NCBI GenBank assembly: GCA_041946735.1
Contig: JBHGAY010000019.1
Coordinates: 49,594 to 113,593 of the forward strand
Reading direction: 5' to 3'
Length of the DNA stretch: 64,000 nt
From: Candidatus Eiseniibacteriota bacterium
Lineage (GTDB): Bacteria > Eisenbacteria > RBG-16-71-46 > CAIMUX01 > VGJL01
Shown: positions 9,616 to 18,909 of the stretch, in pieces
How positions within the stretch are numbered: position 1 is the stretch's first letter
How the letters are laid out: every line of letters starts with the position of its first letter
Program-made: the position numbers and the translations under genes
The notes under the pieces: generated by a model
Told to the model about the DNA's origin: nothing
Seen by the model: the letters and a program-made list of their open reading frames with translations, nothing else
The model's database searches: none

Positions 9616-11028
9616 TCACGCCGCCTCCGCCTGCTGCGAGTCCTCGAAGCCGGGCTCGAGCGCGCCCTTCCCCTCGTGGTCGCCGATTCCGTAGGAGAGG
9701 AGCTTGCGGTAGAGCGTGGACGGGTTGATCCCGAGGATCTCGCTCGCCCGCTTCTTCTGCCATCCGGTGTGGTCCAAGACCTTCAGGATGTACTCGCGCT
9801 CGAGCTCGTCGAGCGTGAGCGTCGGCGTGTCGATCACGAGCGTCCCCTGGCGCGTGGGTCCGCGGATGATCTTCTCCGGCAGATCCTGCAGGCGGATCGC
9901 GCCGCCTTCGTTCAGGATCACGGCCCGCTCGATCACGTTCTCCAGCTCGCGCACGTTTCCCGGCCAGTCGTAGCGGAGCAGCCCCTCGAGCGCCTCGTCG
10001 TCGACCGTCTTCAGGCCGGTCGGCCCGGTGAAACGCTGCAGGAAGTGCTCGACGAGCAGCGGGATGTCGTCGCGCCGCTGGCGCAGCGGCGGCAGGCGCA
10101 GCGGGATCACGTTCAGCCGGTAGAAGAGGTCGGTCCGGAAGCGCCCCTCGCTCACCTCCCGCTCGAGGTCGGCGTTCGTCGCGGCGATCAGGCGCACGTT
10201 GATCTGGATCGGCTTCGTCCCGCCGACCGGGATGATCTCGCGCTCCTGGAGCGCCCGGAGGAGCTTCACCTGCGTCGCCGGAGTCATCTCCCCGACCTCG
10301 TCGAGCAGGAAGGTCCCGCCCTCGCTGACGGTGAAGAGGCCGGGCTGGTCGCGCACCGCGCCGGTGAAGGAGCCGCGGACGTGGCCGAAGAGGTTCGACT
10401 CGAGGAGGTCCTTCGGGAGCGCGCCGCAGTTGATCGAGACGAACGGCCCCTGCGCGCGCCGGCTGCAGTAGTGGATCTCGCGCGCGATCAGCTCCTTGCC
10501 GGTGCCGCTCTCGCCGTAGATCAGGATCGTCGCCTCGGTGTCGGCGACTTTCTCGATCATCTTGAAGACCTTCGCCATCTCCTCGGACTTGCCGATGATC
10601 TTGCGTTCGGAGTGCGTGCGCCGCATCTGCCGCTTCAACGTCTGGTTCTCCGACTGCAGGCGTCCCATGGAGAGGGCGTTGCGCACGACGAGGAGGATCT
10701 CGTCGTTCTTCGCCTTCTTCTCGATGTACTGGTACGCCCCCTTGTTCAGCGCTTCGATGGCCGAGGCGGTGGAGGCGTAGGCGGTGAGGATGACGACCGG
10801 CGTCTCGACCGACTTCTGCTTCACCGCCTCGAGGATCTGGATGCCGGTCGCGTCGGGCATCTTCAGGTCGGTGATGACGAGGTCGAACGACTCCTCCTCG
10901 AGGAGCGCGAGCGCGGCCCGCCCCGTCGAAGAGGAGACGACGCGATGGCCTTCCTTCTCGAGGAGGACGGTCAGGAACCGGCGCATCGACTCTTCGTCAT
11001 CGATGATCAGGATGCTCGTCTTCTCCAC
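9616..11028 (-). CDS. pilR: Sigma-54-dependent NtrC-family response regulator PilR
   Basis: Receiver domain (IIDDE, TDLKMP), GESGTGKE, GSFTGA (GAFTGA variant), WPGNVRELEN, C-terminal HTH. Confidence 0.9.
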   Translation of the reverse strand: MEKTSILIIDDEESMRRFLTVLLEKEGHRVVSSSTGRAALALLEEESFDLVITDLKMPDATGIQILEAVKQKSVETPVVILTAYASTASAIEALNKGAYQYIEKKAKNDEILLVVRNALSMGRLQSENQTLKRQMRRTHSERKIIGKSEEMAKVFKMIEKVADTEATILIYGESGTGKELIAREIHYCSRRAQGPFVSINCGALPKDLLESNLFGHVRGSFTGAVRDQPGLFTVSEGGTFLLDEVGEMTPATQVKLLRALQEREIIPVGGTKPIQINVRLIAATNADLEREVSEGRFRTDLFYRLNVIPLRLPPLRQRRDDIPLLVEHFLQRFTGPTGLKTVDDEALEGLLRYDWPGNVRELENVIERAVILNEGGAIRLQDLPEKIIRGPTRQGTLVIDTPTLTLDELEREYILKVLDHTGWQKKRASEILGINPSTLYRKLLSYGIGDHEGKGALEPGFEDSQQAEAA

Positions 11029-11043
11029 GGTCTCCTCCGGTTG

Positions 11044-12684
11044 TCAAGCCACCCGCGCCAGCGCCGTCCCGCGGGGCAGGGAGAGCCGCGCCCTCGCTCC
11101 GCCCCCCTCGCGGGGTTCCAGCCGCACCTCGCCGCCCATACGGCGCGCGAGCCTGCGCGCGATCGAAAGACCGAGTCCCGTCCCCCCCGCCTTGTGGGAG
11201 CGGAACGGCTCGAACAGCCCCTCCGGATCCCCCTCCGGAAGCCCCTCGCCCGTGTCCTCGACGAGGATCGCGAGCGCGCCGTCTGCGGCGTCCGCGGCGT
11301 CCGCGACGTCGGTGGCGTCCGCGGCGTCCCCGGCAGGCTCCCCCTCCGCCACGCGCACCCGGACCTCCCCCTTCGGGGTCGCCTCCAGGGCGTTCAGGAT
11401 CAGGTTGCGGAGGACATCGCGCAGGGCGGAGCGGTCGGCGCGCGCCGTCCAGCCTCCGCCGTCCACCACGATCGCGACCTCCGGAGAGCGCGACGGATGG
11501 AACGAGAGGGCGGACGCCTCCTCACGCAGGAGTGAATCGAGATCGATCTCCTCGATCGTTAGCGATTTGTCCCGAGCGAAGGTCAGGAAATCGCCGAGGA
11601 AGGTCTCGAGCGCCGCGGACTCGCGCAGGATGATCGAGAAGAGCTCGCCCGCGACCCCTTCCTGGGGGATCTCGCGCGAGAGAAGCTCGATCGATCCGAC
11701 GACCGGCTTCAGGGAGTTGCGGATCTCGTGCGCGAGATGCCCCGAAAGTTCCCCGAGCAGCGCGAGGCGTTCGCGCCGCGCCGCCTCGGCCTCCTGCTCC
11801 TTGTGCGTCGTCAGGTCGTGCAGGAGAAGGACGAGGCCGCGGGGATCGCCCTGCGCGTCGCGCACGTGCGAGGCGAACAGCTCGAGCGGGACCGGGGCCG
11901 CCCCTGGAGTGAAGGAGGTGGCGAGGCCGATCTCCTCGCCGGCCAAGGGCAGCCCCAACATCGTCTTCTCGATCGCCGCCAGTAGCGGCGCCAGCCTCTC
12001 CGGGTCCCCCGCTTCGTCGAGACGCTTGCCCTCGAAATCGGGATGGAGGGCGAGCAGCGAAACGGCGGAAGCGTTCGCGCGGCGGATCCGCCCGGTCCGA
12101 TCGAGGCAGAGGAGCGGATTCGCGAGGCTTTCGACGATCGTCTCCGCGTCGAGCCGCTCGTGCTCCAGCTCTCCCTGAACGCGGGCCATCTCGCGCGTCT
12201 GCCTCTCCATGCGGCGCCCGAGCAGTCCGACGAGGAGTCCGAGCAGCAGCAGGAAGAAGCTCGTCAGGACGGAGGGGAAGCCCGAGTCGACGCCGGCGTG
12301 GGCGATCCCCGCCCAGGTCGCGCCGGCCGCGCCGAAGGCGGCGACCATCCCGCCGGCCAGGCCGAACGACATCCCGGCGCAGCCGATCGTGAGGGTGAAG
12401 AGGAGCAGGAACGGCGATCGCGACAGCCCGGTCGTCGCGACGGCGGCCGCTTCGAGCAGGAGATCGAGCGCGAGCAGGATGGCCAGGATCGTCGCACGCG
12501 ACGACGGAGAGCCTCTCCGCAGCGGGACCGCCGCGGCGAGGCTGCTCGCCGCGGCCGCCCCGATCAGGAGGGGGGCGAGCCCGCGCGCCGGCGCGTCGAA
12601 CCAGAAGGCCAAGAGCGCCCCGATCCCGGCGGCCAGCAGGACGCGGGTCACCAGATAGCGGATCAAGGTGCTGGAGGCGCGCAT
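11044..12684 (-). CDS. pilS: Membrane sensor histidine kinase PilS
   Basis: Multi-TM N-terminus, PAS-like region, LAHEIRNSL H-box, NLILNA, DTGEG, GTGLGL; lies between pilC and pilR. Confidence 0.85.
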   Translation of the reverse strand: MRASSTLIRYLVTRVLLAAGIGALLAFWFDAPARGLAPLLIGAAAASSLAAAVPLRRGSPSSRATILAILLALDLLLEAAAVATTGLSRSPFLLLFTLTIGCAGMSFGLAGGMVAAFGAAGATWAGIAHAGVDSGFPSVLTSFFLLLLGLLVGLLGRRMERQTREMARVQGELEHERLDAETIVESLANPLLCLDRTGRIRRANASAVSLLALHPDFEGKRLDEAGDPERLAPLLAAIEKTMLGLPLAGEEIGLATSFTPGAAPVPLELFASHVRDAQGDPRGLVLLLHDLTTHKEQEAEAARRERLALLGELSGHLAHEIRNSLKPVVGSIELLSREIPQEGVAGELFSIILRESAALETFLGDFLTFARDKSLTIEEIDLDSLLREEASALSFHPSRSPEVAIVVDGGGWTARADRSALRDVLRNLILNALEATPKGEVRVRVAEGEPAGDAADATDVADAADAADGALAILVEDTGEGLPEGDPEGLFEPFRSHKAGGTGLGLSIARRLARRMGGEVRLEPREGGGARARLSLPRGTALARVA

Positions 12685-12706
12685 CACGAATCCGCCCCGG
12701 GCCGGG

Positions 12707-13924
12707 TCACTTCGAGCCGGCGACGACGTTGATCAGCTTGAACATCGGCAGGTACATCGCGATCACCATCCCGCCGACCAGAACTCCCATGATGACGATC
12801 ATGACCGGCTCGATGATCGAGGTCAGCGTCTCGACGGCGACGTTCACCTCGTCGTCGTAGAAGTTCGCGATCTTCTCGAGCATCTTGTCGAGCGCGCCGG
12901 TCTCCTCGCCGACCGCGATCATCTGGACGACCATCGGCGGGAAGACGCCCGATTCCTTCAGGGGGGCCGCGATCGTCTCCCCTTCGCCGATCGAGCCCTT
13001 GGTCGTCAGGATCGCCGCCTCGATCACCTTGTTGCCGGCCGTCCGCGCGGTGATGTCGAGGGCGGTCAGGATCGGCACGCCCGAAGTGATCATCGTCCCG
13101 AGCGTGCGCGTGAAGCGGGCGATCGAGGACTTGCGCAGGAGCGATCCGAGGACCGGCGACTTGAGGAGCATCCGGTCGATGCGCATCTTGCCGGACTCGG
13201 TACGGTAGTAGCGGCGCAGCGCGGTCACGAGCGCGAAGATGACCCCCGCGATCGCCCACCAGTACGCCTTGAGCCCGTTCGACATGATCATGACGATCCG
13301 CGTGGGGAGAGGCAGCTCGCCGCCGAAGTCGGCGAAGATTCGCGCGAAGGTCGGGATGATGAAGATCAGCATGAAGACCGTGGCCCCGATCGCGACGGTC
13401 ATGACGACCGCCGGGTAGGTCATCGCGCTCTTCACCTTGCGGCGGAGCGCCTCGGCCTTCTCGAGGTAACCGGCGAGACGCTGGAGGATGTCGTCCAGGA
13501 TACCGCCCGCCTCCCCCGCGTCGACCATGTTGCAGTAGAGGGTGTCGAACACCTGCGGGCGGCGCCCGAGCGACTCGGACAGGGTCGAGCCGGCCTCGAC
13601 GTCGTGCATGACCCCCGCGATGATCTGGCGGAAGTTCGCGCTCTCCGCCTGCTTCGACAGGATGTCGAGGCACTGCACGAGCGGAAGCCCCGAGTTGATC
13701 ATCGTGGCGAACTGCCGCGTGAAGATCACGAGGTCCTTCATCTTCACGCGCGCCGCCGCGACCTTCAGCCCGAGCGTGATCGGTTTCGGCTTCTCGCGAA
13801 TGTAGAGCGCGATGATCCGCTTGCGGCGGAGATAGGTCACCGCCTCGTCGCGCGAGTTGAACGTGAGCTCCCCCGCCTGCGATTCGCCGGCGGTCGTCTT
13901 CCCCTTCCACGCGTAGACCGGCAT
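12707..13924 (-). CDS. pilC: Type IV pilus platform protein PilC
   Basis: FTRQFATMINSGLPL, AGEAGGIL, KVKSAMTYP, VGEETGALD, IAMYLPMF. Confidence 0.96.
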   Translation of the reverse strand: MPVYAWKGKTTAGESQAGELTFNSRDEAVTYLRRKRIIALYIREKPKPITLGLKVAAARVKMKDLVIFTRQFATMINSGLPLVQCLDILSKQAESANFRQIIAGVMHDVEAGSTLSESLGRRPQVFDTLYCNMVDAGEAGGILDDILQRLAGYLEKAEALRRKVKSAMTYPAVVMTVAIGATVFMLIFIIPTFARIFADFGGELPLPTRIVMIMSNGLKAYWWAIAGVIFALVTALRRYYRTESGKMRIDRMLLKSPVLGSLLRKSSIARFTRTLGTMITSGVPILTALDITARTAGNKVIEAAILTTKGSIGEGETIAAPLKESGVFPPMVVQMIAVGEETGALDKMLEKIANFYDDEVNVAVETLTSIIEPVMIVIMGVLVGGMVIAMYLPMFKLINVVAGSK

Positions 13925-13964
13925 CGGTCGAAACTCCTCTCGGCACCTACCGCGGCGCCAGCGC

Positions 13965-15074
13965 CTACCGCGACGTCAGGCTGACGCTCTGCGGCCGGTA
14001 GCTCGGATCCGACTTCTGGATCATCTGCTCGAGCTCGAGCATGTTCGAGCTGTGGCCGATCGCGCTCTCGAGCGTGATCTTCTTCTGGACGTAGGCGGCG
14101 AAGAGCCCCTGGTTCATCGTTTGCATGCCGAACTTCTGCCCCGCCTGCATGAGCGTGTAGATCTGGTGCGTCTTCCCTTCCCGGATGACCGCGGACACGG
14201 CCGGGGTGCAGACGAGCAGCTCGCTCACGTTGATCCGGCCGCCGCCGCGCGCGCGCGCGATGAGCTGCTGCGTGATGACTCCCTTCAGCACGAAGGCGAG
14301 CTGCGAGAGCACCTGCCGCTGCTGGTTCGGCGGGAAGACGTCGACGATGCGGTTGATCGACTCGAACGTGGAGTTCGTGTGCAGGGTCGCGAAGACCAAG
14401 TGGCCGGTCTCCGCGATCGTCAGCGCCGCGGCGATCGTCTCGAGGTCTCTCATCTCTCCGATCAGGATCACGTCCGGGTCCTGGCGGAGGACGTACTTCA
14501 GAGCCTCCTGGAACGACCGCGTGTCGGAGTTCACCTCCCGCTGGTTGACGATGCACCGCTTGTGCGGATGGATGTACTCGATCGGGTCCTCGATCGTGAT
14601 GATGTGTCCCGCGCGGTTCGCGTTGATCCGGTCGAGCAGCGCGGCGAGCGTCGTCGACTTGCCGCTGCCGGTCGGACCCGTCACGAGGACGAGGCCGTTC
14701 GGCAGATCGGAGAAGTTGCGGACGACCGGCGGGAGGCCGAGCGCGTCGAAGTCCGGGATCTCGTACGGGATCTTTCGGATCGCGGCGGTCGTGACGCCGC
14801 GCTGCAGGAAGACGTTCACGCGGAAGCGCGAGAGGCCCTGGATCCCGAAGGAGAGGTCCAGCTCCTTGTTCATCTCGAAGCGTTTCTTCTGATCGTCCCG
14901 GAGGATCGAGTAGATCAGCGACTCGCAGGTCTCCGGAGTGAGCGGCTCATGGGAGGTGGGGAGGATTTCCCCATCGACCCGGAGTTGCGGCGGCACCCCC
15001 GCCGTCAGATGGAGGTCGGACGCGTTCTGCTCGATCGCTTCCTGCAACAACATGTGCAACGTCAGCATGCTCAT
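13965..15074 (-). CDS. pilT: Pilus retraction ATPase PilT
   Basis: ASDLHL, GPTGSGKSTT, TIEDPIE, LRQDPDVILIGEMRD, AETGHLVFATLHTN, AVIREGK, GMQTM. Confidence 0.95.
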   Translation of the reverse strand: MSMLTLHMLLQEAIEQNASDLHLTAGVPPQLRVDGEILPTSHEPLTPETCESLIYSILRDDQKKRFEMNKELDLSFGIQGLSRFRVNVFLQRGVTTAAIRKIPYEIPDFDALGLPPVVRNFSDLPNGLVLVTGPTGSGKSTTLAALLDRINANRAGHIITIEDPIEYIHPHKRCIVNQREVNSDTRSFQEALKYVLRQDPDVILIGEMRDLETIAAALTIAETGHLVFATLHTNSTFESINRIVDVFPPNQQRQVLSQLAFVLKGVITQQLIARARGGGRINVSELLVCTPAVSAVIREGKTHQIYTLMQAGQKFGMQTMNQGLFAAYVQKKITLESAIGHSSNMLELEQMIQKSDPSYRPQSVSLTSR

Positions 15075-15239
15075 CCCCCTGCGCGCTCGCCGAGCGCCGT
15101 CCGGCCGTGGAATCCCCTAGCGTTTTCGACCGTTCCGGCGGGCGTCTTGAGGGGGGATCCGGAGGCGGCCGGATCGGGGAATTGCGCCCGGCCGCCGGAG
15201 GGGCGCGCGGGCGAAGCGGGGCGATGCCGCGGACCCGGT

Positions 15240-16379
15240 CTAGGTCGTCTGCCGGTCCGCCCAGGCGAGGACGGTGCTCGCGACGTATTCCCGCTGCTCG
15301 GGCGTCACGTCGGGATGGACCGGCAAGGCCAGGACTTCCCCGGCGGCCTCCTCCGCGACGGGGCAGTCCCCCGCGCGGCCGCCGAGCGGCGCGAAGCATT
15401 CCTGCAGGTGCAACGGCAGCGGGTAGTAGATTCCGCTGTCGATTCCGGCATCGGTCAAGTGCCGGCGCAGGCCGTCGCGGCCGCCGCCCGCAACGCGGAT
15501 CACGTACTGGTGGTAGACGTGGCGGCGTCCGGGCAGGACGGCGGGAGGGAAGAGGGCGGGATGGCCGGCGAAGCGAGCGTCGTAGAAGCGGGCGTTCTCC
15601 TCGCGCGCCTTCTGCCACACCGGGAGCCTCGACAGCTTCACCCGCAGGATCGCCGCCTGCACGGCGTCCAGGCGGCTGTTCGTCCCGACGACGCGGTGCA
15701 CGTAGCCGCCGTCGCTGCCGTGCGCGGCGTAGCGGCGAACCGCGGCGGCGAGAGCGTCGTCGTCCGTCGTGACGAGCCCCGCGTCGCCGCAGGCGCCGAG
15801 GTTCTTCGTGGGATAGAAACTGAAGGCCGCGAGATCGGCCAGATCGCCGAGCGCGCCGGCCGGCCGGCCGTCGAGCGTCGCGCCGATCGCCTGCGCCGCG
15901 TCCTCGAGGATCGCGATCGGTCGCGCGGGGAGTGTGGGGAGCGCGGCTCGGATCGCGTCGTAGCCGGCGCACTGTCCGAAGAGGTCGACCGGGATCACCG
16001 CCTTCGTGCGCTCGGTGACGAGGCGCGGCAGCGCGGCGGGATCGAGCGTCATGCCGGCGGGCTCGACGTCGGCGAAGACGGGCCGGGCGCCGGCGTTCAC
16101 CACCGCTCCGGCGGTCGCGAAGAAGGTGAAGGTCGGGACGATCACCTCGTCCCCCCGTCCGACGCCGAGCGCCTTGAGGGAGAGCAGGAGCGCGTCGGTC
16201 CCCGACGCGACGGCGATCGCGTGGCGCGCGCCGAGGAGGCGGGCCATCTCCTCCTCGAGCCCCTTCACCTCCGGCCCGCCGATCCATCCGCCCGAGGCGA
16301 GCACCCGCTCCACCGCCTCGAGGATCGGCTTGCGCAACGATTCGAACTGAGCCGCCGTGTCGAGCATCCGCACCCGCAT
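15240..16379 (-). CDS. DegT/DnrJ/EryC1/StrS PLP-dependent sugar aminotransferase
   Basis: ASGTDAL, GDEVIVPTFTFFATA, EDAAQAIG, SFYPTKNLG (PLP lysine), GTNSRLD. Confidence 0.93.
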   Translation of the reverse strand: MRVRMLDTAAQFESLRKPILEAVERVLASGGWIGGPEVKGLEEEMARLLGARHAIAVASGTDALLLSLKALGVGRGDEVIVPTFTFFATAGAVVNAGARPVFADVEPAGMTLDPAALPRLVTERTKAVIPVDLFGQCAGYDAIRAALPTLPARPIAILEDAAQAIGATLDGRPAGALGDLADLAAFSFYPTKNLGACGDAGLVTTDDDALAAAVRRYAAHGSDGGYVHRVVGTNSRLDAVQAAILRVKLSRLPVWQKAREENARFYDARFAGHPALFPPAVLPGRRHVYHQYVIRVAGGGRDGLRRHLTDAGIDSGIYYPLPLHLQECFAPLGGRAGDCPVAEEAAGEVLALPVHPDVTPEQREYVASTVLAWADRQTT

Positions 16380-16513
16380 CGTCCTCTTCCCTCCCCGCCG
16401 TCCCGGCCGGCATTCCCCGCCGAGGTCCCGATTGCGGCCGTGACCCGCCGTATCGTAGCCCAGCGGCGGCAGGACGGAACAGGAGAAGGAGCGAGGGGCA
16501 GCGGCCGCCTTCG

Positions 16514-18208
16514 CTACTCGTCCGGGCCGGTCTCCTTGAGAATCTCCTCCGCGCTCGTGATCCCCCGCTTGAGCTTCTCGAGCCCGTCCATCCGGAGCGT
16601 CAGCATCCCCTCGCGGATCGCTTGCTCCTTGATCGCCTGGGTCGAGGCGCGGTCGAGGATCATCTGGCGGATGCGCCCGCTGACGGTCAGGACCTCGTAG
16701 ACGCCTTGCCGCCCGCGGTAGCCGGTGTTGTTGCAGTCGTAGCAGCCGCGGCCGCGATAGAACGTGACGCCGGCGGCGCGGGCCGGATCGAGCTGCAGCT
16801 CTCGCAGCACCTCGGCGGAGAGATCGACCGGCTCGCGGCACTTCATGCAGATCCGGCGGATCAGGCGTTGCGCGAGGATCAGGTTCGTCGAGGAGGCGAC
16901 GAGGAACGGCTCGATCCCCATGTCGATCAGGCGGGTCAGCGTCGAGGGGGCGTCGTTGGTGTGGAGAGTCGAGAAGACGAGGTGCCCGGTGAGCGCCGCC
17001 TTGACGGCGATCGAGGCGGTTTCATGGTCCCGCATCTCGCCGACCATGATGATGTTCGGATCCTGCCGCAGGAAGGAGCGCAGCGCGGCGGCGAACGTCA
17101 GGTCGACCGCCTCGTTGACGTTGACCTGGTTGATGCCGTCGAGGTTGTACTCGACCGGATCCTCCGCGGTCATGATGTTCACCTCGGGCGTGTTCACCTT
17201 CGAGAGGGCGGAGTAGAGCGTGGTCGTCTTTCCCGATCCGGTCGGCCCGGTCACCAGGATCATCCCGTACGGCAGGACGATCGCGCGCTGGAAGCCCTCG
17301 AGCGCGCCCGGCTCGAAGCCGAGCTTCGTGAGATCGAGGGACAGGTTCGATTTGTCGAGGATGCGCAGGACGATCTTCTCGCCGTGGATGCACGGGAGGC
17401 TCGAGACGCGCAGGTCGACCTGGCGATTGCCGAGGCGGATCTTGATGCGCCCGTCCTGCGGGACGCGGCGCTCCGCGATGTCGAGGTCGGCCATGATCTT
17501 CAGGCGCGAGGTGATCGCGGCGCGCAGCTTGTGCGGCGGGGACATCATCTCGTAGAGCGTGCCATCGATGCGGAAGCGGACGCGCAGCGTCTTCTCGTAC
17601 GGCTCGATGTGGATGTCGCTCGCCCCGCGGCGCACCGCCTCGGCGATCAGGCTGTTCACGAACTTGACGACCGGCGCCTCGCCCGCGCCGACGGCCCCCG
17701 CCTCGATCGAGAGGTCCTCGTCGATCGTCTCGACGACCTCGACCTCCTCCTCGACCGTTCGCATGATGTCTTCCATCGAGCCGGCGGAGTCGTAGTACTT
17801 GTCGATCGCGCGCTTCAACTGCGCTTCGGTCGCGACGAGCACGCGGACGTTCAGGCCGGTGATGAACTTGATGTCGTCGATCGCGAAGAAGTTCGTCGGG
17901 TTCGCCATCGCCACCGTCATCTGGCGGCCGTTGCGGGCGATCGGAAGGACCTGGAACTTGTTCGCGACCTCTGCCGGGATCATGCGGACGACGGTGGGGT
18001 CGATCTCCGCCTGATCGAGTTGCACCGCCTGGATGCCATAGAGATCGGAGAGGAAGGCGAGGAGCTGCTCGTCGCTCACGGCGCCGAGCTTGACGAGAGC
18101 GGTCGCGACCGAGCCCCCCTCCGCCTTCTCGATCTCGCGGGCCCGGCGAAGGGCCTCCTCGCCGATCAATCCGGCATCGAGGAGCTTGCGACCGATGTCG
18201 TGCTTCAA
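16514..18208 (-). CDS. pilB: Pilus assembly ATPase PilB
   Basis: ASDIHIEP, LDIAERRVPQDGR, GPTGSGKTTTLY, LRQDPN, CMKC/CYDC zinc motif; TTG start after GGAGG. Confidence 0.95.
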   Translation of the reverse strand: MKHDIGRKLLDAGLIGEEALRRAREIEKAEGGSVATALVKLGAVSDEQLLAFLSDLYGIQAVQLDQAEIDPTVVRMIPAEVANKFQVLPIARNGRQMTVAMANPTNFFAIDDIKFITGLNVRVLVATEAQLKRAIDKYYDSAGSMEDIMRTVEEEVEVVETIDEDLSIEAGAVGAGEAPVVKFVNSLIAEAVRRGASDIHIEPYEKTLRVRFRIDGTLYEMMSPPHKLRAAITSRLKIMADLDIAERRVPQDGRIKIRLGNRQVDLRVSSLPCIHGEKIVLRILDKSNLSLDLTKLGFEPGALEGFQRAIVLPYGMILVTGPTGSGKTTTLYSALSKVNTPEVNIMTAEDPVEYNLDGINQVNVNEAVDLTFAAALRSFLRQDPNIIMVGEMRDHETASIAVKAALTGHLVFSTLHTNDAPSTLTRLIDMGIEPFLVASSTNLILAQRLIRRICMKCREPVDLSAEVLRELQLDPARAAGVTFYRGRGCYDCNNTGYRGRQGVYEVLTVSGRIRQMILDRASTQAIKEQAIREGMLTLRMDGLEKLKRGITSAEEILKETGPDE

Positions 18209-18320
18209 CCGCGCGCCTCCGAGGAAAACGACACGGACGGCACGACCGTATCCGCGGTCGTGCCGGGGCGACCGGACGCAAGGGCTACCAGAGGCATGCC
18301 AGAAGCGCGGGCGGAACCGC

Positions 18321-18860
18321 TCAGGGAAGTCGCGAAGAGGCGCGGGGTTGCGATCCGGAGGCCGCCGGGCGGCCGCGTGCGCCGCGTGCAATCTGCATCG
18401 AGGAATCGGCGAAAGAGGGCGAATCGCCCGGAGCGATCTCGAAGCTCAGAAGCGGCGCGAGACGTTCCACCGTCCGCGGACCGATCCCCTTCACGCGCCG
18501 CAGATCGGCCGGCGCCCGGAACGGCCCGCCCTCGCGGCGCGACGCGACGATGCGGCCGGCAAGCGCCGGGCCGATGCGCGGGAGCGCCTCGAGCGCCGCT
18601 TCGTCCGCCTCGTTGATCCGGATCCGCCCTTCACCGGCGAGGCCGGGAGGCGCCGGCGCGAGGGAGGTGCCCGCGGCGGAACCGGGCGGGGCGGAGGACG
18701 TCGCGAGGCTCTCCGCCTCCTGCGCCAGCAGCACGAGCAGGGAGTCGCCCCCGCAGGCGGGGGAAGGAGCGTCCGGGAACGCCACCCATGCGAGGAGGCC
18801 GAGAGAGAGAAGCCCGATCAGCGCGAGGAGCGCGCGTCTCTCGTCGGGAGTGAAGAGCAT
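18321..18860 (-). CDS. comEA: ComEA-family helix-hairpin-helix DNA-binding protein
   Basis: N-terminal TM helix, then INEADEAALEALPRIGPALAGRIV...GPF...DLRRVKGIGP. Confidence 0.9.
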   Translation of the reverse strand: MLFTPDERRALLALIGLLSLGLLAWVAFPDAPSPACGGDSLLVLLAQEAESLATSSAPPGSAAGTSLAPAPPGLAGEGRIRINEADEAALEALPRIGPALAGRIVASRREGGPFRAPADLRRVKGIGPRTVERLAPLLSFEIAPGDSPSFADSSMQIARGARGRPAASGSQPRASSRLP

Positions 18861-18909
18861 GATCGCCTCGGCATTGGCGTGACGTAGCGCCACGCCACGC
18901 CGCGCGGAA

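Noticed and set aside
11280..11335. 9-bp repeats inside pilS (DAADATDVADAADAAD); similar repeats at the 3' end of the TPR gene (6011-6090)
   Set aside because: These are in-frame low-complexity loop or tail expansions with no sign of a separate function.
18286..18302. Sigma-54 promoter upstream of pilB (TGGCATGCCTCTGGTA)
   Set aside because: The -12 position is GT rather than GC, which is too weak to call.
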